Positions 28,401-34,690 of a stretch of 64,000 nucleotides of DNA are shown one piece after another; positions within the stretch are counted from its first letter, which is position 1, and each line of letters begins with the position of its first letter. A model generated the notes under the pieces. That model did no database searches. It saw only the letters and a list, made by a program, of their open reading frames with translations, and was not told the DNA's origin. The translations under genes were made by a program, and so were the position numbers. This stretch comes from Clostridia bacterium (GTDB lineage Bacteria; Bacillota; Clostridia; Christensenellales; UBA1242): the NCBI GenBank assembly GCA_017409005.1, contig JAFQTP010000002.1, positions 377,286 to 441,285 on the forward strand. The letters run 5' to 3'.

Positions 28401-31400
28401 TACTATCAAGAATTATCTAAATCAACAGGTGCATCAGGAATAGGTGATAAGCTTGAGTTTACTAACTTAATTGGTAATCAGTTTAAAGTTAACACAATTT
28501 TAGGTAGATTAAACGAAAATGCTGTTGTTTCAAATGCAACCATGTTTAATATGTTTATTTGGGATTCTATTGCAACCGGTGCAAGTGGATTCGATAAGGC
28601 AGGTAGTAAGGTTTGGAGGCTTGGTAGCGTTTTACCAGAATATATTATTGGTATATTCTCTAACTTCAATAAAATTGAAAGCATTACAGATATATACAAT
28701 AAATTGGTGGCAACACGTGAAACCAGAAACCAATTCTACTTACTTGAAAACGATACTTACACATTAAACGACGATGGTGCAGAACATGGCTCTTATGCGG
28801 ATTATTTCCGTAACGATTTTGAAGGCACCATTATTGGTGTTACAAAAGAAGTTGGTGGTAAACAAGTAAATCCAAAAATTGTTTTAAATGTTACTCCAAA
28901 TGAAAAATTTACAACAATATTCAAAAAATTAAGCACAGCTTCAATTATGAATGTAGACTTTGAAGTTAACTATGTTCCAACCGATGGTTTGGCTGCAAGT
29001 AGTACACTTCGTATGGAAGCATCTAATAGTGTTTACGACGGATTCTTTGCAAAAGAAATTCATAGTTCGGTTTTAAGTAACGTTAACTTTAACATTAACT
29101 TCAAAACAAACTATAACATTACTTATTGGGATACGTATGAAGCAATTGGTTTAATGGTTGGATATTTGCGTGATAGTTCATTACAAAATGTAAGTGTTAC
29201 AATAAATAACACAGCAGAAGCTGTTGATAAGGTTCCTGAACTTAAAAAACTTAATTTGGCATCTCGAGCAACAAAATCAATGTCGTTTGGCGGTGTTGTT
29301 GGTTATGCTTCAAAAAGTAGATTAGGAAATGTTGATGTTTATGCTTATAACGATTCAATTATTAATCTAAGTGCAAACAATCCAACAACCCATATTGGTT
29401 CAGTTGTTGGTTATTCCGACAACATGGAAATTTATAGGGTAAACCTTGAAAATATTAATATGGTTGGAGATGCAACAACATTTGCAACAACCAGCAACAA
29501 TTTGTTTAATGCAAAATCTATTTCAGATTCTACAGAATTAAACTATGGTGGAATTGTTGGTTATATGGTAAACAGCACTTTAACAACAACATATTTTAAA
29601 GGCGACATACTATATGGACAAGATGGCACGGTTAATACAAACCTAAGCTTAGGTGGTATTGCTGGTATTTGCAAAAATTCAACTATCGAGCACGCAAACG
29701 TAAACGATATTATTCAAATATCTGGTTCATCGTTAGACAGAGTAATAATGCAAAAAACTGATCCTTTAGATTCAGATAACGACATTAATTACGAAATTAA
29801 AGTAAAAAATGGAACAAGTTCTATATTAGTTGCAACAAAAGTTGGCGGAATTGTAGGATATGGCAATAATGCTAAAATTTTAGGAAATACTACAAATGGA
29901 CTAAATACCTCAAACAGCTCTAATATTTTTGTTGAAACATATGTTAATGAAACCAAGGTTGGTGGTATTGCAGGTCATATTGAAAATACCGAGAATGTAA
30001 CTATTTCTAAAGTTGCAAATGCAGGAAATATTTCGGTTGATGTAAGTGGCACAAGCACTTCTGCAAACACTTCAATTGGTGGAATTATAGGTTTTGCATT
30101 TGGTGGCAGATATGCAATGTTCTATAATATTGGCGATATTGTGTTTGATGCTTCATCGTCTTATTCTGTAGGGTCAATTTTTGGAGTAAGCAAAACTGGT
30201 ACAAATTATGAAACTTTAAACTTATCAAGGTTTGTTAACACGGCTGATATTTACTTTACAGGAACGTCTGATTACATTCCTAATAACGAAGGAGGAGCTG
30301 TAACTGGACGCTATATTGGTGGTGTTGCTGGTAGATTAGAGGGCAATGCTAGCACATTTGAAGGTGGATATACACTTGCCAGAATTTATTGGGAAAAAGA
30401 CACTGATGTTTATGTTCAGTTTGCAATTAATAACCAAGATGTTGGTGGTGTAAATGGTATTGCTTACACCGGAGAAATTAGTGCGACAACATTTAAATAT
30501 GTTTATTTCGTGTTTGATTTCTTGCCATATTCTAACTACTCAAATGCTAGTGCTCAAGATTATGGTGCTAAAACTTATGTTTCAGCAAGTGAAACCGAAG
30601 CAAACTTTGGTGGTGTTGAATATGCAAATCTTCCAAGTGTTTTAAACTCACAATTGTCCAACTATTTTACAACTTCGAATGTAACAGATTTTGTTGTTAC
30701 AACAGAGGGTGGAGTTGTTACAGCTTTAAATTTACCAAATGAATTTAAAGCGGAAAGTTCAGAAAACGAATCTATGTATTCACTTCTAAATTACTTAACA
30801 AATCAACCTGTTGACATTACATTGTCTGCTGAAAAATTAAACCCAGTAAAATTAACTCAGGTACAAGACCATGAAATTTTAAGTAATAAATATTACATTA
30901 TGGACAGTACAAATTGTAATGGCAAAAAGATTGATGTTAAAGATTCAACAACGTTTACTGGACTATTAACAAGTAATTCAAGAGCAAATGCTCCAAAAAT
31001 TTACTTATTAGGTGATGGAAAACCATTAGAAACAAACTATGGTTGCTTATCTAACTTTATAATTCATTACGAGAAAAATATCGGTTCTACCATGGCTGCA
31101 TCGGCTGCTAAGGTTTCAGAAGAAGGTATGTTATTAAAGGTTAACGAAGGTAACATTATTAACTGTGTAACATACGGACACACATTTGATAGTGAAACTT
31201 TAACATTTATTGGTGAAATTGTTACTTTTGTAAAAACCAACAATGCAAACATTGTTCAGTCGGGAAGTATTGTAATGTTTTCAGGCGACGATACATTTGA
31301 AAATGCTTCAAATATTGTAAGTGGTTTTGTAAACACAAATAATGGCTTTATTAAGGATTGTTATTCGTTAACATCGCTTATTAATACCGACGCCGAAAAC

Positions 31401-34247
31401 ACATCGTTCTTTGGTAGTGTTGGAACTGTTGCCGGATTTGTAATTGCTAACACTGGCGTTATTGAAACTTCATATTATGCTGGCTCGTTAACTCCTGCAA
31501 ACCTATCGTCAGGTGTGTTTGTAAATAATAATACCGGAACCATCAGAAATTGTTATTACGATGGTGAGGCTACACCTATTAGCACCGGCGCAGACGCACT
31601 AACAAATGAAAGCATGAAGGCTAAAACAGCTGATTTTGAGGGAAAAGTTAAATACTTAACAACCAGAAGTTTCATTGAAACATCAGAAAACACAAGACCA
31701 TTCTATTCAATTGCATTAAGCACAACTTTTGTACCATCTGCATTTATTACAAGTTTGAACGGTTCTTACGATTCCGATGTGTATAACTATGGTTATGTAG
31801 GAATTGATAACGCTATAAAAATTCCAACATTGTATACTATTTCAACTAGTGGCGATGCTTCAGACCCTCATTCGGTTACAGCAGCATTCCAAACATCTGG
31901 AAGTTTTGGAATTTATCATGTTGGTCAATTAAATCAATTTGCTTCCTTCCAAGATTCTGAAACTTCTCGTGATTTATTCTTGCAAACAAGTTTAGATCTT
32001 TCAAAAATTAATTTTGGATTATCTGGTGCTAATTCTAAGATAAGGGAGTCAGAACAACTATCTAGCACAACCGACTTAACAGTTAATTTCTACGGATTTA
32101 AGCAAAATTTAAGCAATTTAACAATAGATGCTGAAAGCAGTAGAACGGCATTATTTAACTCAATTAGTAGTGGAAAAAGAGTAGAACACTTTAATATTGT
32201 TACTGCTAATGTAACCACAGCTTCTGGGCCAGCAGGCGTTGTTGTTGCTACAAATAGTGGTGGTGCAATTAGTTATGTGAATATTTCTGATGCAACAATA
32301 AATAGCAGCCATGAGGCTGGAGTTGGCGCAATTGCCGGATTATACACTGGAGCAGGCAGTATTAGTAATTGCGAATTAACAAAAATTACTATTACTGGAA
32401 CTACAAATATTGGTGGCGCAGTTGGTATACATCAAGGTGCACTAATTAGTGATATTAGCATTACCGATGTATCAATCAGCGGTGTTAACAACCTTGGTGG
32501 ATTGGTTGGCACAAGTCAAAAAACCACTGGTAGCACAGGTGAGGTTGTTGAAATTAAAAACTCAGTTGTTAATAGCGGAACTATTGACTCAAGTTTGTCA
32601 ACAGATGCTATTTCAAAAATAAGGGGTACAACATCTAATTGGATAAGTAAACACGCAGATTATGCTACAACATACTTTAAATCAGGTGCCAATGCTGGTG
32701 GTTTAGTTGGTCATCTTAATGAAGGTGCTAAATTAAGCAATTCTCAAGTGTTAAAAATAACAATTAATGCGGCTATTGGTGCCGGTGGTTTAGTTGGATT
32801 AGTTGATTCGGGTGCAGAAGTTAATAATAACAATAAAAACTTTACTGGAACCACTGCAAGCGACATTCAACTTGTTGGTTCCGATGCGGGAAGTTATGTT
32901 TTAGGTGGTATTGCCGGAATTAATAAAGGAACCATTAAAGGTAATTCAAACTCAAGCGTTTATGCTGTGATTGGTAAAGATAGATATATAGAGGGTGAAG
33001 ATAGGTCTACGGTTGGTAAAAAAGCGTCTAATAATAGGCACGATGCTGCACTTGGTGGTATTGCAGGTGTTACAGATGGCGGAACTATAGATGGTGTTAT
33101 TGTTGAAAGTAGCACATTATATGGTAACAAATTAATTGGTGGATTAATTGGTTATGCGTTTAATGGCGGAAAGGTAACTAATTCTAAATTCCAAAATTCA
33201 ACCATTTATTCTCAAAGTGAATATGATATTGATGAATTTAATGGTCAAATGCAGTCTGATTTTAAACTTGGAATAGGTTCTAACACTAGTTATCATGACA
33301 CAAACTTTAATGAACGATTTGGTTTGGGTGGCGATAATGCTAAACTATTTAACTGCGATTACACTAAGCAATATTACGTTATGGAATATGGTGGTGTTGA
33401 ATCCAAGGTTGGAGAAAATACTGTATGTACCATAAAAGGTAAAGAAGAATTTAAGGTGTTGTTAGGATTGCTTTCAGGCGGACATGCGTCAACAAAACCA
33501 GATTTTACAGGTTCGTCCTCGAATAATTCGCAAATTAAGGGCTTATATGACGAATATCGTAACTATGTTGTAGATGTTAGAGATTATAAGGTTGCATTCT
33601 CTCCTAACTGGACTAAAATTGCTCGTAAAATTCAAAAAGGTATCAGAAACTTTGATACCGCAATTGATAGTTCATACTTCTATCATGGTGGAGATGCTTA
33701 CAAAAAGTACACTAACAAATTTAACGAATTAGGTAGAGAGGACTATACTTATACAAATTCCTCGGGATATAGTTCTACAGCATATCCATTAAGGACATCT
33801 ACAAGTAGTGATACAAAATATCAAGCCTCGGGTTATTCGAATGGCACATACATAATTCATACATTGTTTACAGCATTAAAAGAGGCTTCTAAAAGTAATC
33901 AAGACGGTTTAACATATGCACAGAATAACTATAATGAAATATGGACAAATAAATATACCTATTATCGTTATTGCTATTATTCCTATTCGGAGCAGTCTCA
34001 TGAGGCATCTGTAACTTATGCAAATAATCAAATGTTGGCCTATGAGCATTTAAATATTAAAGCGTACTCGTATCCTGGCTTAGAATGGTTAGATGCAGGC
34101 ACAGTAAAAGATACTACCGAAGTTGCAACTGACGAGGTTCAATACTCAGGTCATAATAAATGGGGAGCTCCGCTTCCATTAAATGTATTTGTGAATACAA
34201 AATTTACAGACACCTCTGGTGCTGATGATACATTTAATAAAGGATAA
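16377..34247 (+). CDS. giant surface lipoprotein 1 (5,956 aa): Ig-like (Big_2-type) arrays, six GLUG-type beta-helix modules, Tyr-rich C-terminal domain
   Basis: A single uninterrupted 17,871-nt ORF with RBS and ATG. The lipoprotein signal peptide is MVKKLSAIILAIFGSVLFLCGC. By eye there are roughly 30 G-G-[LIV]-[IVA]-G rungs (NIGGIAGV, NVGGLVGY, NIGGLIGY...) and Big_2-like segments (e.g. VTSSNPNIVSVENGNLIKTMATGTVTLKIAS). No TM segment follows the signal peptide, and there is no LPXTG or HExxH. Confidence 0.9.
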   Translation: MVKKLSAIILAIFGSVLFLCGCGDPYKDLKLTASTSNIVLYLNEAVGSEGNEATDGENSGGESSEGEQGSLSPGQSATDAEISAAYPSVTSFVLKLDGVEKGVSTNVTISQYAYNGVEDIVKIEQITSNITGKDGGDDGARYQVTALRSGSGLIVITTAEGNKRVEIEVSVKVPVKGISFSNTAKAVKYLSSIDLYKFVTYNPSTTDQKDITFYLNAPSGEGVASDEVGVIETDYAKIENGVLVTKESPGYPVDSMGNRYVQIYGVSKFNPNIKTQVINLPVIEVINPDDIVLTTTAETESGYVQLQKTSNNYEIVLGHNIPDNPYIYSRDLTLKLSEEYVVDQQYVITTNYSHLITPESVFELTESVLEENRYSYSGVKENYPYKKYNFSQIATGSKTLEIYVDRRGYEGLFTITLKVKVTVKDFGTQLFATKEDGQSAIANGVTIYNAYGSQQSLGTSVVLNLTPNPNNAYKIHLNLTGAPQVSGLPGIKMSLVNTNEVYSGSSVASGTRIYFKHVYSYEEITQILGGTQPPTLVISYIYSLAPVEGTTGYATYSIEERIPLIVEAGVDDISVPAGNQEIKINAVTGQAVGDAGAVEASNNLSFSTSILEESGTEPDGETPEGETPEGGEEEVEANEIVLVTIGDQPADLAKLIKSVTIINIDGVQTNINALTTNSNTFFDVVFKEGPLLGKYNRLIIEPKLQATQGRLVLEIKTNNYITKTVVVEVFVPIAYDATNTSAVNVEIHSENTVGSYIYEVTKSKHHVVYDGALTIVPDDVLPEELIGTTTVYSTLEALTLSVNSRVGLNVFNYVVLNNSKGEPVVTRVNYNSNISVSQSREYFTIEYESINGVSVPFIVTKKLKTATPITMAISVTGYDANGAQVSLIKNINITIIEPITSISLTPVSSTLYTENSLGALRSEQSRLKYSLNVYPVNATINAGTIVEYRYRNDVLYTLKADSGNSYNIRVEHILSYDSTTGEFVACIQEERISNILLAFTADSGISIDSSQVIKSIFENNVIVTVYAALQQYDKPEITTSATITIRNAEKVEKIIPSSDINGIYFDLRKITESYEGQTITFNVLPSTANNKTLIVNIADESVVKIVSGVDQNNRIIGNKIVIKPNNTAGRTSIRITPEDSYYKDGNTGAIMPGPSIYIPIRVADGTKAYPFEIKNPDEFMEIGEDIADGNNEYYYVLVQTFSMAAFDFTPFDAFFGGLSGNFTYEVDGINYTQQNSLYGLNFNIEVNPTNPDLEYHYGLFKTLAQTAEIEGVNLVDVNYQLSVQNSDFENEINIGGIAGVSYGTINDCSVSGKISVNSNVKNLNIGGVAGKVLAFVEIYPAEEMFAVAGTISGKQSATNFSAGSETANVQITFIGSSEVTDANVNIGGVSGSVESFTYTDSIGEVTLVGSDFTGFGDLLPIPVHKGVGVYQTISQPVIQNLVVASSIVSVNESAQPYKANIGGAFGYSNSTLMENITVATILRGHSNVGGIIGKAEHSIIMNSAVEFANQGQTGANTIAISGYNNVGGLVGYAENVNILYSYVRAYFNNKAIDNSTYFGNIALLESTEATKNIGGLIGYAEATTISDELKNLGHTGFTLDTLIDAEYDISDYVNNQSSNGIFHSYFNADINASYQPLSGIVNVGGLIGATTEAGKALTGNIDSVLIEDSYVYGNIKLPETKTFSFTNYKTFPADNSFVIGTYTSYAAGNIESVNPSYYDYSIGDISTGSSNLIEIITQGIGETHVVGEEPDTTSYQVQNITLKVHYVAKLIGNQTLSVVEGSATETKNETIESIQTIEQTKQITINSLLPQDVKAHRVYYLINGNGAIISYIVNSSYAMFDIVSSETIVHDPTRLRYDINNTTTYSYMSLSETQKFIDAGFSIVVADITNVENYKSSVWLKCAEINGGNPILFAKTHNNGQILFKVLPTQITINIVDNAALDFSNISYIKDGENLVLFYNEQISGRAYKYVNYYKLVSSDEPAGAAEPITALNVNLDIVDLYTKYGINANYDKNMIVTSSNPNIVSVENGNLIKTMATGTVTLKIASKLDASIYDEINILVVKGLSDFALYKTKNLTTEANKLVSINKGEIVSDDSDAKLVSAITQVIDKTSNYYVDTINEDSALLMDYNGTYVKNTSIGVMMEVSGTGNGRAVVNGISLEKGVTYLFTSLNEFSFTGTQKGLIYVTLTPFLITNNSQFGGTIYQTTSNALSMDNCILINQLTKTYKFNVVPKAESIKVDKSAANLDPIKYVDLTVTTITSDFALIGENYEVNEIINVTMVDLKTNRTAAAFVLDMNGVGTNNSFISFEILNRSTNETDDELKIELVYSLRLRFDTEKYKNRTGDVTFNLKDIGYKINFFPTSNTGILASFNIQIVPRVVQEVQMAYYPNAETSASGKFYPQEAESEYIVPSRVGLLKIELLPDYNNAEYVELTVEESMSSYVTFVQNLAIMAEGENSYVTGYRKTLSDPDVLPNFRGVRLLNQSVIVNGTTIYYNGNYYVQVFLSENAPVNQQITFTATAYRTANGEVIPIISMPITLTIQPLPSINLTYNGEHSGLIAKGTTAELEVVASNFEGDVHLISTSVLGDATNVSVPRYDSETGKWYVDIGVNAQAGDVAIIKATASRFLNGVLEERTDEVRLTIVEYIINGVRLSGASVVGGNYHYEVLNGQTHPLSVVFEITKGEENENVDALLTSLEQQASGRAMPLNSGSYVNNWWRVVNGKFDAPLYSNTTYGNYQFVEAKTSDMDKTNYFAIRTISVSTTNVIGYRMKYYYNEIGVPTIYVGSGNSVYDIYEVEFTFTLIIKDNSTYDHPNPIATVSEFMALGGLTANGEALEAGAVTEGHYILVNDLVLDNYYPFAANFSTLDGNGHIITINSINTEKYQGSSGANVGLFETISANTIIKNITIDISPMLVTTKMANEALKAEVGYTAHIDLSNVTSFNFGVLAGQNNGSITNAKIINTKQTTMNDATYKNLLINSTVGYLNGSLVEAKVGGLVAINNGSISNSYVGLNAKNYLNEDSSTELRSKVGESGSTTIPIYPFNIVGGKSIAGFVNSNSGILANNYILGVGIINSATIMEGTQTAGYVVENNQSGTIFNSMVEGLRTNNYRADDQVYIEAKGYIGGFVYINNGQISNAYSNIKITTNSGGSGGFVYKNEQKGVITNAYSTVSNANNSLAHGQFTGIDDKDNYNNAGTLTSCYYLILEGETENANEPATGIVGKYIEGDGAVSEEEDEEETSNDNPFRDTGSFNGFNFASGNDKNNIWQISQTTMHLGPRLISASQMTTFSHRVLMHSATGSGGETIYNYTYDVECSYGSELNPLLVNTATELVTFIINNKQTFTFGTEVKHVFGIATTDALSSKAHYIRLINDLDFSAITLESLKVDDLEISQIVFAGVLDGNGMNINGLTLIDKKTEEVHENFGLFAQVGLKESEIAQLGTGNIVNSAIMNLSVTVKSVEASYASKVGVLAGSMYNTSLINVTINGDKESSINGYNIVGGFAGLIKNSQDKLITNITANNISAKAAYVSASVPDSTLVDRYGKAYNVENSTDTYLEFSSYKTQPNVKELSYAGAIAGIIDNNNRLTDNIGENIKTSLENAEKIVVSGSNVTYPTAAGSTETNPADTSNVNAAVDNINAHRTKPANNLVSKIIVQGGGYITAEHAGGMFGYIGENTHVKNSRYLLGQIKTGAEEGENAVAFQQKIIGSHYAGAIVAENYGMLEQVYVDYVDDYKASVAEAFNSGTRVTGEIEDLFGSSAVVAIGGIAGYSASSIILDSYTIVDVANAAANIAGGLVGITAGTNYFSHVIASGDVLAKNRIGGLIGLYDSLYCDYCEATDATVTKAPKLMLDYAFAINEWSSKAEDLLKETLKSQYKKSDGNYEFIVRMPEVGNQPFNVVTTSTQSGVKFDYETTATFVGSLIGFVNAGTINASGGEITTVSPADEITENQLKAVVEKGRITQIVNNGSGDRYLFSTVVSTTFGSAKLSKNTGLASTDEEYVVEENADYYQELSKSTGASGIGDKLEFTNLIGNQFKVNTILGRLNENAVVSNATMFNMFIWDSIATGASGFDKAGSKVWRLGSVLPEYIIGIFSNFNKIESITDIYNKLVATRETRNQFYLLENDTYTLNDDGAEHGSYADYFRNDFEGTIIGVTKEVGGKQVNPKIVLNVTPNEKFTTIFKKLSTASIMNVDFEVNYVPTDGLAASSTLRMEASNSVYDGFFAKEIHSSVLSNVNFNINFKTNYNITYWDTYEAIGLMVGYLRDSSLQNVSVTINNTAEAVDKVPELKKLNLASRATKSMSFGGVVGYASKSRLGNVDVYAYNDSIINLSANNPTTHIGSVVGYSDNMEIYRVNLENINMVGDATTFATTSNNLFNAKSISDSTELNYGGIVGYMVNSTLTTTYFKGDILYGQDGTVNTNLSLGGIAGICKNSTIEHANVNDIIQISGSSLDRVIMQKTDPLDSDNDINYEIKVKNGTSSILVATKVGGIVGYGNNAKILGNTTNGLNTSNSSNIFVETYVNETKVGGIAGHIENTENVTISKVANAGNISVDVSGTSTSANTSIGGIIGFAFGGRYAMFYNIGDIVFDASSSYSVGSIFGVSKTGTNYETLNLSRFVNTADIYFTGTSDYIPNNEGGAVTGRYIGGVAGRLEGNASTFEGGYTLARIYWEKDTDVYVQFAINNQDVGGVNGIAYTGEISATTFKYVYFVFDFLPYSNYSNASAQDYGAKTYVSASETEANFGGVEYANLPSVLNSQLSNYFTTSNVTDFVVTTEGGVVTALNLPNEFKAESSENESMYSLLNYLTNQPVDITLSAEKLNPVKLTQVQDHEILSNKYYIMDSTNCNGKKIDVKDSTTFTGLLTSNSRANAPKIYLLGDGKPLETNYGCLSNFIIHYEKNIGSTMAASAAKVSEEGMLLKVNEGNIINCVTYGHTFDSETLTFIGEIVTFVKTNNANIVQSGSIVMFSGDDTFENASNIVSGFVNTNNGFIKDCYSLTSLINTDAENTSFFGSVGTVAGFVIANTGVIETSYYAGSLTPANLSSGVFVNNNTGTIRNCYYDGEATPISTGADALTNESMKAKTADFEGKVKYLTTRSFIETSENTRPFYSIALSTTFVPSAFITSLNGSYDSDVYNYGYVGIDNAIKIPTLYTISTSGDASDPHSVTAAFQTSGSFGIYHVGQLNQFASFQDSETSRDLFLQTSLDLSKINFGLSGANSKIRESEQLSSTTDLTVNFYGFKQNLSNLTIDAESSRTALFNSISSGKRVEHFNIVTANVTTASGPAGVVVATNSGGAISYVNISDATINSSHEAGVGAIAGLYTGAGSISNCELTKITITGTTNIGGAVGIHQGALISDISITDVSISGVNNLGGLVGTSQKTTGSTGEVVEIKNSVVNSGTIDSSLSTDAISKIRGTTSNWISKHADYATTYFKSGANAGGLVGHLNEGAKLSNSQVLKITINAAIGAGGLVGLVDSGAEVNNNNKNFTGTTASDIQLVGSDAGSYVLGGIAGINKGTIKGNSNSSVYAVIGKDRYIEGEDRSTVGKKASNNRHDAALGGIAGVTDGGTIDGVIVESSTLYGNKLIGGLIGYAFNGGKVTNSKFQNSTIYSQSEYDIDEFNGQMQSDFKLGIGSNTSYHDTNFNERFGLGGDNAKLFNCDYTKQYYVMEYGGVESKVGENTVCTIKGKEEFKVLLGLLSGGHASTKPDFTGSSSNNSQIKGLYDEYRNYVVDVRDYKVAFSPNWTKIARKIQKGIRNFDTAIDSSYFYHGGDAYKKYTNKFNELGREDYTYTNSSGYSSTAYPLRTSTSSDTKYQASGYSNGTYIIHTLFTALKEASKSNQDGLTYAQNNYNEIWTNKYTYYRYCYYSYSEQSHEASVTYANNQMLAYEHLNIKAYSYPGLEWLDAGTVKDTTEVATDEVQYSGHNKWGAPLPLNVFVNTKFTDTSGADDTFNKG
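22419..22566 (+). other. clear Big_2-type Ig-like domain in giant protein 1 (example)
   Basis: MIVTSSNPNIVSVENGNLIKTMATGTVTLKIASKLDASIYDEINILVV fits the bacterial Ig-like group 2 pattern (SSnpsvasV..nG.vta...GtatItA......a.v.v.V). Confidence 0.6.
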
Positions 34248-34250
34248 TCA

Positions 34251-34279
34251 AAAAAACAACGCATTTTGCGTTGTTTTTT
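34251..34279 (+). terminator. rho-independent terminator after giant gene 1
   Basis: ACAACGC (34256-34262) pairs with GCGTTGT (34268-34274) across loop ATTTT. It is flanked by an A-run upstream and T6 downstream, and starts 4 nt after the stop. Confidence 0.8.
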
Positions 34280-34494
34280 GTGCTTGTAAAAGCGTAAATT
34301 TGGTATATTGTTAGAACATAATAATTATAAATTTCAAAATTAATTAGCTGTGTTTTTGCCTTATTTAGAACAAGTAAAAATTGTAAATAATTACATAAAA
34401 TTTTACTTCAATTTTAGGTTTGAAACCGCAATAAAAACTTGGTAATTTTTATGTGAAATAATGCCACTATTTTGGGCTATGTTTATATATTTAA

Positions 34495-34523
34495 TTGACA
34501 TCTACTTTAATTAACTTTATACT
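34495..34523 (+). promoter_or_regulatory. near-consensus sigma-A promoter of giant gene 2
   Basis: Perfect TTGACA (34495-34500), a 17-nt spacer, then TATACT (34518-34523). It lies about 93 nt upstream of the ATG at 34616. Confidence 0.65.
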
Positions 34524-34615
34524 AGTGTTAAGCCGTAATATTATATAATAATATTTATATATATAACGTAATAAAAAATATCAGTTTGTTTAAAACTAAT
34601 TTTAAGGATGAAATT

Positions 34616-34690
34616 ATGGGTTACATACGAAAAAGTTTACTCGCAATATGCTTAATTTTATTTAGCTCTGTAATGTTGTTTTACGGATGC
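34616..34690 (+). other. lipoprotein signal peptide / lipobox of giant protein 2
   Basis: R/K at positions 5-6 and a hydrophobic core lead to L-F-Y-G-C, with Cys25 at 34688-34690. This fits the permissive prokaryotic lipobox rule ([LIVMF..]2-[..Y..]-[AGS]-C) but is less canonical than in giant protein 1. Confidence 0.6.

Noticed and set aside
34248-34615. Possibility that the two giant ORFs are one even larger gene broken by a mutation or assembly error.
   Set aside because: The first ORF ends in a distinct non-repeat C-terminal domain followed by a good terminator. The gap is 368 nt of non-coding AT-rich DNA with a consensus promoter and RBS. The second ORF begins with a fresh lipoprotein signal peptide.
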